DNA of 64,000 nt from an uncultured Gammaproteobacteria bacterium (GCA_963764725.1 CAVXTM010000016.1:192001-256000); one strand, 5' to 3'; counted from the first letter of the stretch, positions 50,310 through 60,642 are shown. The notes: generated from the sequence alone by a model not told the origin. Translations and numbers: made by a program.

Positions 50310-51587
50310 TTAGAAATTTGCCATGAGCCTAAACCCCGTCACCACGTCCGTATCGACCACATCCAGGCTGGGCGAGAAGACTTGGAGGTCAGGCGTAAAA
50401 TGGAGCCATGGCGTCAATTCAAAGTTGTAGTAGATCTCCCCGCCGTAGCTGTCGTCCAACCTGCGGAGGATTCCTTGGAACTGGTCGGTGAGCTCGACGT
50501 AGTAGAACGCCGCGCCGAAACTGTCTCGCCCGCGCCCGGGAATGACCCCCTTACCGCCCACGCCGACGCTGTAGAAGCGCTCCACCGGGTTGGTTTCGTC
50601 ATCGGCGAAGCCCAGACGGCCGAAGAGGCCGACACCCCGGTCTTCGGGACCAGGCTCGGTGTACACATACTGGTCGAAGTTATAGTACACCGACCAGGAG
50701 CCGCTCTGCTGCTCGAGCGGAAACAAACCGGGCGCGACGATCTGGGCCAGGAACAAGCGCGGATCCTGATTGAGGGAGGTAAACTCCTTGGTGTTCCCGG
50801 TCGCCCCCAGGAGCTGATGTCCCGGGAGACCGAAGAAATCGGTCTTGATGCGCGTCTCCATCGCATAGGCCTGGCCATCATCGAAGGCATCGCCGAATTT
50901 TTCCGCTGTGCCACTGGGGCCGAGGACTGAAAACGTGACGCTGCCCCGCTTTTTCGGCAGTAGAAACGCCAACCCGCCGCCCAGGGTCGAGTAGGGTATG
51001 GTCTGGAGGATCACCGGGTTGAAGGCAAGATTTTGGTTCATGAACTGAGTCTGGCCTCGACCGCCGGCGAACTCATTCGTATCGCCTTGCGTAGCGGTGA
51101 TGGTCACCAACTTACCCCCAAAGACCCCGAACCAATCGGTAAAAAACTGGGTGAACTGCACGCTGCTCAGGGTCGTGATCTCGTCGTTCGGCACCGGAAA
51201 CAGAGCGTTGGTATTGACGGCCATGAGCGCACCCGTGCTGCTGCGGTTGACCCCAGGCCCAAATTGGCTCTCGGCGAATATCTTCAGAAAACCGCCGGGC
51301 CAGAGGCCCAGCTTGCCGAAGTCCACGTTGAAGTCGTATAACGCCTCGCCGTTGTATTCCCACGCGCTGTTGAGACCGCCCGCGGCTACGCCCTGGCCGG
51401 TCTGTACCAGGTCCACGTCCAAGGTCACGCCTTTCTTGCTCAAGTCATCGCGCCAACCGCCCCAATCCCCGGTAAGCGTAGATCGGGTCATCAGATCGCC
51501 GCCATAGGACTGCTCGGCACCGGGAGCCGCGCCGGCTATCGCCAAGAGTGTCAAGGCAGTCGAAAGCTTGGCTTTCATCGTCGTCAT
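50310..51587 (-). CDS. Carbohydrate-selective porin (OprB family)
   Basis: Signal peptide, LTGDWGGWR..L..KG, YYNFDQ, EIYYN...PDLQ, C-terminal Phe. Confidence 0.9.
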   Translation of the reverse strand: MTTMKAKLSTALTLLAIAGAAPGAEQSYGGDLMTRSTLTGDWGGWRDDLSKKGVTLDVDLVQTGQGVAAGGLNSAWEYNGEALYDFNVDFGKLGLWPGGFLKIFAESQFGPGVNRSSTGALMAVNTNALFPVPNDEITTLSSVQFTQFFTDWFGVFGGKLVTITATQGDTNEFAGGRGQTQFMNQNLAFNPVILQTIPYSTLGGGLAFLLPKKRGSVTFSVLGPSGTAEKFGDAFDDGQAYAMETRIKTDFFGLPGHQLLGATGNTKEFTSLNQDPRLFLAQIVAPGLFPLEQQSGSWSVYYNFDQYVYTEPGPEDRGVGLFGRLGFADDETNPVERFYSVGVGGKGVIPGRGRDSFGAAFYYVELTDQFQGILRRLDDSYGGEIYYNFELTPWLHFTPDLQVFSPSLDVVDTDVVTGFRLMANF

Positions 51588-51896
51588 AGTTCTCTCCTCC
51601 CGTCTTTCTGCTTTGAGCGGACGGCAAAGGATAGGAAAGTCAACGAGTCTGTGCAAGAGACACTGTTGCGTCGGACGGGCCCCAACCGGGAAGGAGCCAT
51701 GCTGTCGGATAATGGGTCGCTTGGTGATTTTTTGGTAGACATGCTATCTTTATATCCAACCATCCGCCGTGCGCGCCGAGTGGTTGTGGAAACGCTCGGC
51801 GGTCACAGGGGAGATGGCGTATCCTAGTCCCTGCCCGCTGAACTGCCTGCGGACAAGGGGGTGTTATCCTGTAAGAAACTTACGAGGAACAACGTC

Positions 51897-52235
51897 ATGC
51901 TAAAAAAAAGAACAGTCGGCGCATTTTTGATGGCGGTCTTGTTGACGTCCGCGAGCAGCGCCGGTTTCGCCGAGGGGCCTGTGGAGTTCGACTGGCGTCC
52001 GATACGAGACCCGGCGGTACAAGCGTTGCAGCAGCTCGAGGCCGGCAAGGTTGAGGAGTACAAGGGGACGATGGCGCGACTCGTAACCTTGACCGAGGAA
52101 ATGAAGTCGCTGAAGCCGGATGCGAATATGGACAGTGCCTACGCGACACTGGTGAAGATCCAGGGCGAAAAAGACCTGGCCGTCGCCGCAAGGATGCTGG
52201 GTGACTTCATTACGACCTTACCGGCTAAACCTTAG
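51897..52235 (+). CDS. Small secreted hypothetical protein
   Basis: RBS GAGG; signal peptide MLKKRTVGAFLMAVLL...GFA; helical mature region. Confidence 0.65.
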   Translation: MLKKRTVGAFLMAVLLTSASSAGFAEGPVEFDWRPIRDPAVQALQQLEAGKVEEYKGTMARLVTLTEEMKSLKPDANMDSAYATLVKIQGEKDLAVAARMLGDFITTLPAKP

Positions 52236-52348
52236 TGGACTGGTGATCGCGCCGGGGTTTCGCAGGGACCGCATGCCGGTTCACAGGGCGGGGTCACATC
52301 TAGTACCGGGTGCCCTCAGCAGGAGCCCGGTCGCGATTTAGGCAGCGC

Positions 52349-52376
52349 GCGACCCCCTGCCAAGGCAGGGGGTCGC
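52349..52376. terminator. Strong hairpin between convergent genes
   Basis: GCGACCCCCTGCC-AA-GGCAGGGGGTCGC; no U-tract. Confidence 0.55.
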
Positions 52377-52433
52377 AAGGTCCGACGGGGCGCGGGCCGC
52401 GGTTGCACTACGCCGGTTGGCGCGGACCGCAGG

Positions 52434-52853
52434 TTATTTTGCCTTCGCGCCGGTGTCCTTGATCGCCTGGCTGCAACGACTGCTCAGGGCCTTTTCGTTC
52501 TTCTTCATGCACTCGATGACACGCCCTTCGCCCGGCTTGATGGCCGCGCAGTATTTCTCGAGATCGTCGTCGCACTCGTTGGTCAGGTAGGTCAGGGCCG
52601 CCACCGCGTTTTCGAGCTGCGCCCCGGCGTCGTACAGTGCATACTCGCAGCGCGCCGAGAGCTTGTCCTGGTAGGCGTACAGGCAGGCGAGCACCCGGCC
52701 TTCGCCCGGTGTCACTTTGGCACAGAATTCCTTCAGTTCTTTGTCACAGCCCTTGCGGACGGTATCGACGAGCGTTTCCGCGGCCCCGGCACCCCCTGAG
52801 AGTAGGGCGAACGCCCCGATCAGCATACCGGCGAGAATGTGTCTTTGGTACAT
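52434..52853 (-). CDS. Cysteine-rich repeat (GLG1-type) secreted protein
   Basis: Signal peptide; two repeats of C...FC/YC...PGEGRV..C.......LS.RC. Confidence 0.85.
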   Translation of the reverse strand: MYQRHILAGMLIGAFALLSGGAGAAETLVDTVRKGCDKELKEFCAKVTPGEGRVLACLYAYQDKLSARCEYALYDAGAQLENAVAALTYLTNECDDDLEKYCAAIKPGEGRVIECMKKNEKALSSRCSQAIKDTGAKAK

Positions 52854-53166
52854 GATGTTCCCCTATCGTTAATTAACACATATGTGGTATAGAGGACGGC
52901 GTTGCTTCTTCTACCAAGTCCCCCTTCGTTATGGTGCAGCCTCAGCATTATATTACGATAAGGAGTGCGCGCGTCTCAAGTCAGCCGGGAATCATGCGGA
53001 CCTGTACAACTTCACTCGGTCTGGCGGGCCTGTGCGACGGCACTGAGATTATCGCCGCCCACGCCAGGGCGCACACGGTGCTGGTAGCTCGTATTTCATG
53101 ACGTGGGATGGTTTTCGCTCGTCCTTTGAGGCAACATTCGCCGCACATCACCACCGGAGGATACCC

Positions 53167-54679
53167 ATGGAGACACTCAGCCGCCTGTCGGTCGCCGGGC
53201 TTACCGCATTGTGGCTGCTCCACAGCGCGGTCGCGGCCGAGGACGTCCAGCCCCAAGCCGCCCCGCAGACGGAACCTTCGGCGCAGGAACAGGCTCAGCA
53301 GAACCTGTTCCCGGCGGCACAAATCGAGCAGCTTGTCGCCCCCATTGCCCTGTACCCGGACGCGCTGATCGCGCAGATCCTCATGGCCTCTACCTACCCT
53401 TTGGACGTGGTGCAGGCGGCACGCTGGCTCAAGGGCCACAAGGACCTCGAGGGTGAGGCCCTGGAAAAAGAGGCAGCGCAGGAATCCTGGGATCCGAGCA
53501 TCAAGGCGCTCTTGTTCTTCCCCAGCGTGCTCGGCTATATGAACGACAACTTGGACTGGACCCAGGACCTGGGAGATGCGGTCCTCGGCCAACAAGACGA
53601 CGTCATGGATGCCGTGCAGCGCCTGCGAGGAGAGGCCGAGGCCGCCGGCAACCTCAAGACCACGGAGCAGCAGCGGGTGGCGACCGAGGGCGACACCATC
53701 GTGGTCCAGCCGACGGACCCGAAGGTGGTATACGTGCCCAGCTACAACCCCTCGACGGTTTACGGTCAGACCGCGCCGCCGGCGACCACGTATTACCCCG
53801 CCACCTACACCACACCCGTCTATGCCGCCCCTGCCACAGAGTCGAGCACTGATAGTCTGGTGAGCTTTGGCGTGGGTGCTCTGGCCGGCGGTCTTCTCAC
53901 CGCCGCCATCATGTGGGACGACGATGACGACGATAGGCTCTATTACGGGGGGCCGGGCTATTGGGGTCAATCGGGTTACTGGAACAGTCCCAACTACTGG
54001 GACGGCGACTGGCGCCGGCCGGAGAATCTAAACATCAATCGGGAGATAAACCGGGAGGTCAACGTCGGCGACGTCAACATCAACAAGGGTATCGTCGGCA
54101 GCGAGATCAACAGAAACGAGATCAAGAAATGGGAGCACAACCCCGAGCGCCGGGGCGGCGTGCGCTACCGCAACGAGGGGACGAAGCAGAAGTTCTCCAA
54201 TGTCAGGAAGGAAAACAAGATCGACCGCGACATCGCCCGAGGACGCGATCCCGCCCGCAACCGCGAGCAGCTTGCCAACCTGCAGCGCCCGGGTCCCGGA
54301 CAGGCCGAGCGCCCCGGCCTGGCAGACAAGAACCGCCCGAACATGGGCGAGATAAAGCGCCCCGAGACTAGGAAGGCGAAGCGTCCGGAGACGAAGAAAC
54401 CTGAGACCCGGAAAATCAAGCGCCCGGACACGCGCCAGGCGAAGCGCCCCGAGGTCAAGAAGCCGCAGTCGCGCCCGGCAAACCTGAAGGCGCCAACGCG
54501 GAAGGCGGGGCGGTCCGCCTCCTCGAAAATCCAGAAACCCGCGGCGAGGAGCGGAGGCAGATCCAGCGCATTCAAAGTACAAAAAGGCGGTGCGGACCGC
54601 GCGGCCAGTAAGCGCGGTGTAGCGAGCCGTGGCGGTGGTAGCCGCGGCGGGACGGAGCCACGGCCGCCGCCGCGGCTAA
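53167..54679 (+). CDS. DUF3300 domain protein (probable frameshift just before TAA at 54677-54679)
   Basis: LVAPIALYPD.L.AQILMASTYP, WDPSIKAL, LGDAVL.Q..DVMDAVQRLR, VYVPSYNP..VYG, WEHNPERRGGVRY. The called ORF runs on to 55110, overlapping the next gene. Confidence 0.88.
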
Positions 54680-54724
54680 GCAGCCGAACCTATCCCCGAT
54701 GGAAAAAATCTGGAGAACATCGAC

Positions 54725-55651
54725 ATGATTGCCACCAAGTATGCAAAAAGCCTCGCGCCGGTCTGCGCCGCGGCGCTGGTACTGGTCGCCGGTATTGCCG
54801 CCGCCGCCGGACCGGCCCACTACCCGACGCCCGACGCCGCCGTCCAGGCGCTCGTCGACGCCACCGCGTCCGAGAAGCGCGGAGCCCTGCTCGCGGTGCT
54901 CGGCTCCGGGGTCGAAGCATTGCGCTCCGGCGACCCAGTGGCCGACGCTGCGGACCGCGAGGAATTCGTCCATGCCGCCAGCGAGTCCGCCCGGATCGAG
55001 CAGGAGGACGACGACCACGCCATCCTGACCATCGGGCCGGACGACTGGCCTTTCCCCATCCCGTTGGTCCGGGACGCCAAAGGCTGGTATTTCGACGTCG
55101 CCGCTGGTAAGCAAGAGATCTACAACCGCCGCATCGGTCGCAACGAGCTCGATACCATCGAGGTCATGCGTGCGTTCGTGGACGCGCAGGACGAGTACGC
55201 CCAAGCAGACCGAAACGGCGACGGCATGCGCGAATACGCCCAGAAGCTCATGAGCAGCCAAGGGGCGCGCGACGGCCTCTATTGGCCGACCAAAGAGGAC
55301 GAGCCCGACAGCCCCATGGGGCCCCTAGTGGCCGAGGCGGTGGCGGAAGGCTACAAGCCCGGCCAGAACAGCCAACCCAAGCCCTACCATGGCTATTACT
55401 ACCGAATGCTCAGCGCCCAGGGCGAGCACGCACCCGGCGGGGCGAAGAGCTATCTCAACGACGGGCACATGACCAAGGGCTTCGCCGCCCTGGCTTACCC
55501 CGCCGAGTACGGCAACTCGGGCGTCATGACCTTCCTGGTCAACCAATCCGGGATCCTGTTCCAGAAGGACCTCGGGGATGACACCGCCAAGGCAGCGGCG
55601 GCCATCACCGCCTACGACCCCGACGACACCTGGGACCCGGTAACGGACTAG
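54725..55651 (+). CDS. DUF2950 domain protein
   Basis: DWPFPIPL, RRIGRNEL, DGLYWP, PYHGYYYR, PAEYGNSGVMTF, QKDLG; usual partner of DUF3300. Confidence 0.92.
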   Translation: MIATKYAKSLAPVCAAALVLVAGIAAAAGPAHYPTPDAAVQALVDATASEKRGALLAVLGSGVEALRSGDPVADAADREEFVHAASESARIEQEDDDHAILTIGPDDWPFPIPLVRDAKGWYFDVAAGKQEIYNRRIGRNELDTIEVMRAFVDAQDEYAQADRNGDGMREYAQKLMSSQGARDGLYWPTKEDEPDSPMGPLVAEAVAEGYKPGQNSQPKPYHGYYYRMLSAQGEHAPGGAKSYLNDGHMTKGFAALAYPAEYGNSGVMTFLVNQSGILFQKDLGDDTAKAAAAITAYDPDDTWDPVTD

Positions 55652-55701
55652 GAATGGACTAATCCCGTCGCAAGGGCAAAAGACTCGAAGGGGAGACAGC
55701 C

Positions 55702-56874
55702 GTGAGTGCATCGGAACTGGAGATCTCTTTGGTCCGAGACGACCCGTTCTTTCGCATTCAGCGCCGCATCGGGCTGATCCCGAGCCAAGGCCTGGGCAGT
55801 GTGCGGCGGGCGATCTTCTTCGCTCTGTTGGCCTGGCTGCCCATCGTGGTTTGGGCGGGTTACACGGGACGCGCACTGTCGGGCCTGGCCGACGAACCCT
55901 TGCTCCAGCACTTCGGCATCCATGCCCGCTTTCTGATCGCCGTGCCACTGTTCATCCTCGGGGAAGGCGTGGCACACGGTTTAACGACGAAGCTCATACC
56001 CTATTTTCTTACGTCCGGGCTCGTTCGGGAGGAGCAACGGGAGGCTTTGCGAGAAGTCGTCCAGGGGATCGTCAGGTTGCGCAACAGCACCCTGCCCTGG
56101 GTCATTATCCCAGTCATCATCTTGGCATGGCTGGTGTTCGAGCCGCCCCACCGCGAGGAACATGAACTGGTCTGGGCCCACGTTAACGCGTCGGCGCCGT
56201 TCGATCTGGGGTTCGGTGGCTGGTGGCTGATCTACGTGGCCCGTCCGATCTTCATCGCCTTGCTGGCGGTGTGGCTGTGGCGTCTGATACTACTGTTCCT
56301 GCTGCTGAAACGCATCGCCGCGCTCGACCTCGCGATCGTACCGACCCATCCCGATCGTTCGGGAGGTCTGGGCTTCATCGAGAAACTGCCTGCCGGCTTC
56401 AGCCTGTTGGCCTTTGCGATATCCGCTGTCCTGGCGTCGCGTTTGGCGCACGATGTGGTCTATCACGGGGTCCATGTCCAATCCTTGAGGCTGTTGGTCG
56501 GGGTGTTCCTAGTCTTGCTGGTGATGTTGTGCCTCGCGCCGCTCACGGTGTTCATCCCTAAGCTCATAGCGGCCAAGCGCCGGGCACTGCTCGAGTACGG
56601 TGCCCTGGTCGGCGCGCACGGGCGCCTCGTCCGACGCCGTTGGATCCTGGGCGAATCCGTGGACGAGCATCCCCTGCTGCAGGCGCCCGAGATCGGACCC
56701 GTGGCCGATACCCTGAGCCTCTACGAGGCCGTGACGAGGATGCGGGCGGCGCCCATTGGCAAGACCGCGCTTCTCACCATCGCGCTGCCCGCCGCGCTTC
56801 CGATGCTGGCGCTGTTCGCCATCGAGGTTCCGATTAAAGACCTGCTGCAAAAGATCGCCGGAATGTTGGTTTAG
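55702..56874 (+). CDS. Conserved hypothetical integral membrane protein
   Basis: Multiple TM helices; PTHPDRSGGLGF motif. Confidence 0.8.
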   Translation: MSASELEISLVRDDPFFRIQRRIGLIPSQGLGSVRRAIFFALLAWLPIVVWAGYTGRALSGLADEPLLQHFGIHARFLIAVPLFILGEGVAHGLTTKLIPYFLTSGLVREEQREALREVVQGIVRLRNSTLPWVIIPVIILAWLVFEPPHREEHELVWAHVNASAPFDLGFGGWWLIYVARPIFIALLAVWLWRLILLFLLLKRIAALDLAIVPTHPDRSGGLGFIEKLPAGFSLLAFAISAVLASRLAHDVVYHGVHVQSLRLLVGVFLVLLVMLCLAPLTVFIPKLIAAKRRALLEYGALVGAHGRLVRRRWILGESVDEHPLLQAPEIGPVADTLSLYEAVTRMRAAPIGKTALLTIALPAALPMLALFAIEVPIKDLLQKIAGMLV

Positions 56875-56889
56875 CGAGTAGCCCCGATT

Positions 56890-57231
56890 AAACGCAGTCA
56901 TTCCAATTGACCTGTTCGAGCTCCGCGCTGGCCAGGCGGTTCACCGTGCCGGCAATCAAGTCCGAATCTCCCTCTGTGTATCGCTCCCTGGGAGAGTTGC
57001 TTCACCACCATCAGTCGATGAGTCGCCCCTCCTGGCGGTCCTGGATTTTCCATCCGTGCTGTTCGAGCGCCGCTCGTCGACTCGATAGTTATGACCCTTG
57101 ACCACACCGGGAGGAAAGAGCTTCGATGCCTCGAAAATCGGCGGGGCCTCGTACCGTTCCGCCGCGAACAGCACCGTACCGCTTGCGTACCAGCCGGCGA
57201 CGAGCACAGTGCAGAGGATCGATAGCACCAC
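56890..57231 (-). pseudogene. Remnant of a secreted protein gene
   Basis: Signal peptide and YEAPPIFEASKLFPPGVVKGHNYRVDE, then rapid loss of coding character. Confidence 0.4.
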
Positions 57232-57720
57232 CGCTAGGAAGGACCGTCCTTGCGCCGCTCCCGGGGACGGTCGGCGTGCAGGAGTAACGGCGGTCTTTCG
57301 GCATGCGAGTCAATTCTCTCGGGCAATCCGAGCGCGTCGCCGTATTGGCATTTAGGTGTCGTCTCTAGCCCTATACCCTTCACGAGCCGGCTCATAGCAC
57401 CACGCGCATAGTACTGTACGGATACAGGCCCACATGCTCCTCCCCCACCGTGATAGACAAAACCCTGTCCATACGCGGAGCGCAGGATTTTTCTTGATTC
57501 AGGTTACGATTTCTTGACTTTGATTGTATGGGCATTTCCCGTTTGCTACAATCACCGGCCTCCGGGCTTTTTGGGAGGCTTCGCTCCACCGAGAACACCC
57601 ACTGGGTATGAGGGAGTGATGGACTTCCCGCGCTTGACTTCGGTCCCGGACGCAACCATGCTTGTTTTGTGTAGGCCAATGGGGACTGTGCTGTTAAGCA
57701 CTCAAGAGAGGAGGTGGACG

Positions 57721-58120
57721 ATGACACGAAGAACACTGACCCTATTTACGGCCTACGTGTGGCTCGTGGCTGGGCTCTGGCCGCCGCAGTCCCGTGCCGA
57801 TACGGCCGACAGCTTTCTGGTCCGCAACGCCCTCGATATGGTCACCTTGTGTTCCGCAGCCAAGGAGGACCCCCTGTACACGGCGGCAGTCAATTTTTGC
57901 CAAGGTTATGTGGTCGGGGCATACCATTATTCCAGGGCTTTGACCGCCCGGGATCCGGATCGAAAACGGCTCGTCTGCCTGCCCAATCCTCAGCCTACGC
58001 GGGATGAGGCGATTCGCGCCTTCGTCGCGTGGGCGTCAGGCCCATCCCCAGTACAACAACGAGCCGGCGGTGGAGACCTTATTCAAGTTCGCGATCGAGA
58101 GATGGCCTTGCCATCCCTGA
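57721..58120 (+). CDS. Rap1a/Tai-like immunity family periplasmic protein (frameshift near 58040)
   Basis: Signal peptide; LC...FCQGYVVG...VCLP...RDEAIRAFVAWA; the shifted frame ends NEPAVETLFKFAIERWPCHP*. Confidence 0.75.
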
Positions 58121-58138
58121 TCCGGAGGGCACACGGAT

Positions 58139-58414
58139 ATGAAACGTCATGTAAATTTACTTTTAGCGGTATCTCTGGCGATCGGATTGGCCGGTTGCTC
58201 GGGGATGACTTCATCGCAACAGCGGATGATGAGCGGCACCGGCATGGGCGCGGCGGGCGGCGCCGTCATCGGGGCGATGGCCGGGAACGCCGGGCTCGGA
58301 GCCGGGATTGGTGCGGCCACCGGCCTCTTGGGTGGCTACCTCTACGACCAGCACAAGCAGGGGGAGGAGAAGGCCTACCAGCAAGGATACCAGCAGGGGC
58401 AAGGCGCGCACTAG
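58139..58414 (+). CDS. Glycine-zipper lipoprotein
   Basis: Lipobox LAGC; GMGAAGGAVIGAMAGNAGLGAGIGAATGLLGG. Confidence 0.85.
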   Translation: MKRHVNLLLAVSLAIGLAGCSGMTSSQQRMMSGTGMGAAGGAVIGAMAGNAGLGAGIGAATGLLGGYLYDQHKQGEEKAYQQGYQQGQGAH

Positions 58415-58558
58415 CCCTGTAGCTGCTGCGTTCCGGAGCGTGCTCAAGTTAACCGGCACCGATCCGCTTATCCTTTTGAACTTGAAGCCGCTCCGAGAGC
58501 TTCGATTCGTGAGACCACGGGTGATAGCGGGCTCAGCCATTGAACGATTACGGCTGGG

Positions 58559-60394
58559 TTAACGCTTCAACGACTTGATCTCCACGGTCGCCTGGCGCAA
58601 CTTCTGCGACAACACGCGGCCGATGTTGGTGATCAGCTTGAGCCGGATGCCGGTGAAAATCTCCGAGCGATCTTTCTCCAGACTCTCGAAAGCGAGAAAC
58701 AGGCAGGAGAGGTTTGTATCGGCGATGACATCGGCGGAGCGTATCCCGTGATCGAGCATCGCCATCTCGCCGAAGGCCGACCCCGCGGACAGGGTGGTGA
58801 TCCTCCCAGTCCTTCGATGATCCAGCGGGACGACCACGCTGACTTGTCCCGACAGTATAAAGAACAGGCCGGTCGCCTGTTCGCCCGTGCGGCAGATGGG
58901 GGCGCCTTTTTCATAGGACCGAGGCTCGAGCAAGGACTCAAGAGCGCGCAACTCTTCCGCCGTGAATCCCGCGCAAAAGACCTGTGCCTTGAGGGGCGCT
59001 TCCTTGCCGGCGAGGAAAGACCGCCCGGCTAGCAACTGGTTCTCACACCACTCCAGCGCGTGATCGACATCCTCATACTTCAGTAACGGAATATCCCGAA
59101 ACCGCGTAACCCGTTTCTTCATAACCGACTCTAGGGCATAGGGATCTCGCACGCTCGTGAAGAGGACGGTTTTACCTTTGGCGTCTAGCGACTGAACAAG
59201 ATGGCCAAGTAAGTTCATCGCGCCCTCGTTGATGGACGCGGCGCGCCGGAAGTCAAGAATAAGAAAATCGGCCTCGCGCGCCGCCCGCGTGGCCTCCGTA
59301 ACCACGATCTCGGCGGAAGCGAACATGAGATCGCCTTGAAGCTCCAGTACCGCAATTATATGACCCAGCTTGCGCAGAAGCTCGGTCTGCTCCGGATTAC
59401 GCGTGCATTTGGAAGCCACCTGCGCGGCGTTATACATCGAGTGGATGACGGACGCTATCGTCGCGCGCCCCGTATGAAACATATGCAGGCCAAAATCGCT
59501 GGAAATCTTCCGGCACACGGCAATCCCGCGCACGCTGTTTCCGTGCTCATCGAGACGCGGCGAGAATACTGCTAGGCCGAGCTGACCGGGAAGGACCGCT
59601 AAAATCCCGCCGCCGACCCCGCTCTTGGCGGGCATCCCGACCTCGTAGATCCAGGCCCCCGAATAGTCGTACATGCCACAAGAGCTCATGACGCTCAGCA
59701 CCTTGGGAACGAATTCACTTTTCAAGGCGCGCACCCCTTTGATGGGATTAACGCCGTCGTTGGCAAGCGTCGCGGCCATGAGCGCCAGATCACGGCAACT
59801 AACCAATAGGGAGCATTGCTTGAAATACAGATCCAGCAAGCTGTCCGGATCGCGCTCGATGATGTTCGAGCTTTGCAGTAAGTAAGCGATCGCGCGGTTG
59901 CGATGACCGCTTGCCTTCTCGGAGCGGTAGACCGCTCCATCGATGGAAACCTCGTGACCGAGATAGCCACGGTAGGCCATGAGCAGTCGCTTAAGCTTAA
60001 GCTCCGGCGTGTCACCCTCGACAAAGGCCATCGCGGCGATGGCGCCAGCGTTGATCATAGGATTCTTTGGCCTTCCGGTTCCCGGCTCGAGGCTGATCGA
60101 ATTGAACGCCTCGCCCGAGGGCTCCACATTGATCTTTTTCAGTACCGCCGCAACACCATTGTCCTCCAACGCGATACCGTAGGTAATCACCTTGGAGATA
60201 GACTGGATGGTAAACGCCTGTTGCGTGTCGCCCACCTGATAGACATGCCCATCAACGGTAACGATCGCGATTCCGAACCATTCCGGATCCGCCTTCGAGA
60301 GTTCCGGAATGTAACCGGCCACTTCGCCGTGCATCATGGACGCATGGTCTTGATGCAAGGATTCTAGATAATCCAAAAACAAATCAGTAGGCAT
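58559..60394 (-). CDS. glsA: Glutaminase with C-terminal STAS and cyclic nucleotide-binding domains
   Basis: YIPEL, FTIQSISK (S-x-x-K), NPMINAGA, GMYDYSG, PAKSGVGGG; STAS (LILDFRRA); cNMP domain (FGEMA...RSADV). Confidence 0.95.
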   Translation of the reverse strand: MPTDLFLDYLESLHQDHASMMHGEVAGYIPELSKADPEWFGIAIVTVDGHVYQVGDTQQAFTIQSISKVITYGIALEDNGVAAVLKKINVEPSGEAFNSISLEPGTGRPKNPMINAGAIAAMAFVEGDTPELKLKRLLMAYRGYLGHEVSIDGAVYRSEKASGHRNRAIAYLLQSSNIIERDPDSLLDLYFKQCSLLVSCRDLALMAATLANDGVNPIKGVRALKSEFVPKVLSVMSSCGMYDYSGAWIYEVGMPAKSGVGGGILAVLPGQLGLAVFSPRLDEHGNSVRGIAVCRKISSDFGLHMFHTGRATIASVIHSMYNAAQVASKCTRNPEQTELLRKLGHIIAVLELQGDLMFASAEIVVTEATRAAREADFLILDFRRAASINEGAMNLLGHLVQSLDAKGKTVLFTSVRDPYALESVMKKRVTRFRDIPLLKYEDVDHALEWCENQLLAGRSFLAGKEAPLKAQVFCAGFTAEELRALESLLEPRSYEKGAPICRTGEQATGLFFILSGQVSVVVPLDHRRTGRITTLSAGSAFGEMAMLDHGIRSADVIADTNLSCLFLAFESLEKDRSEIFTGIRLKLITNIGRVLSQKLRQATVEIKSLKR

Positions 60395-60642
60395 GGCGGT
60401 ATCCGGGTTCGGGGCGTAAAGTCCCCTTTTATCTTCCGTGGATTATGCGCTTGTCAAGCCCCTGGTTGTTAAGCGGCGCCCATGTCTCTCCTCCGGAGCA
60501 CAATCGATATACACTCGCTAGGCACGGGTTTTGCCGTCTCTCAATGCGCATTACCCGCTCGCGCAACTTAAGGCAACTTCGGTAGCGGCGGCACCAGTAA
60601 ACAGACCATGGCCTGACAGCCAAAGCACAAACCTGTTAAATT

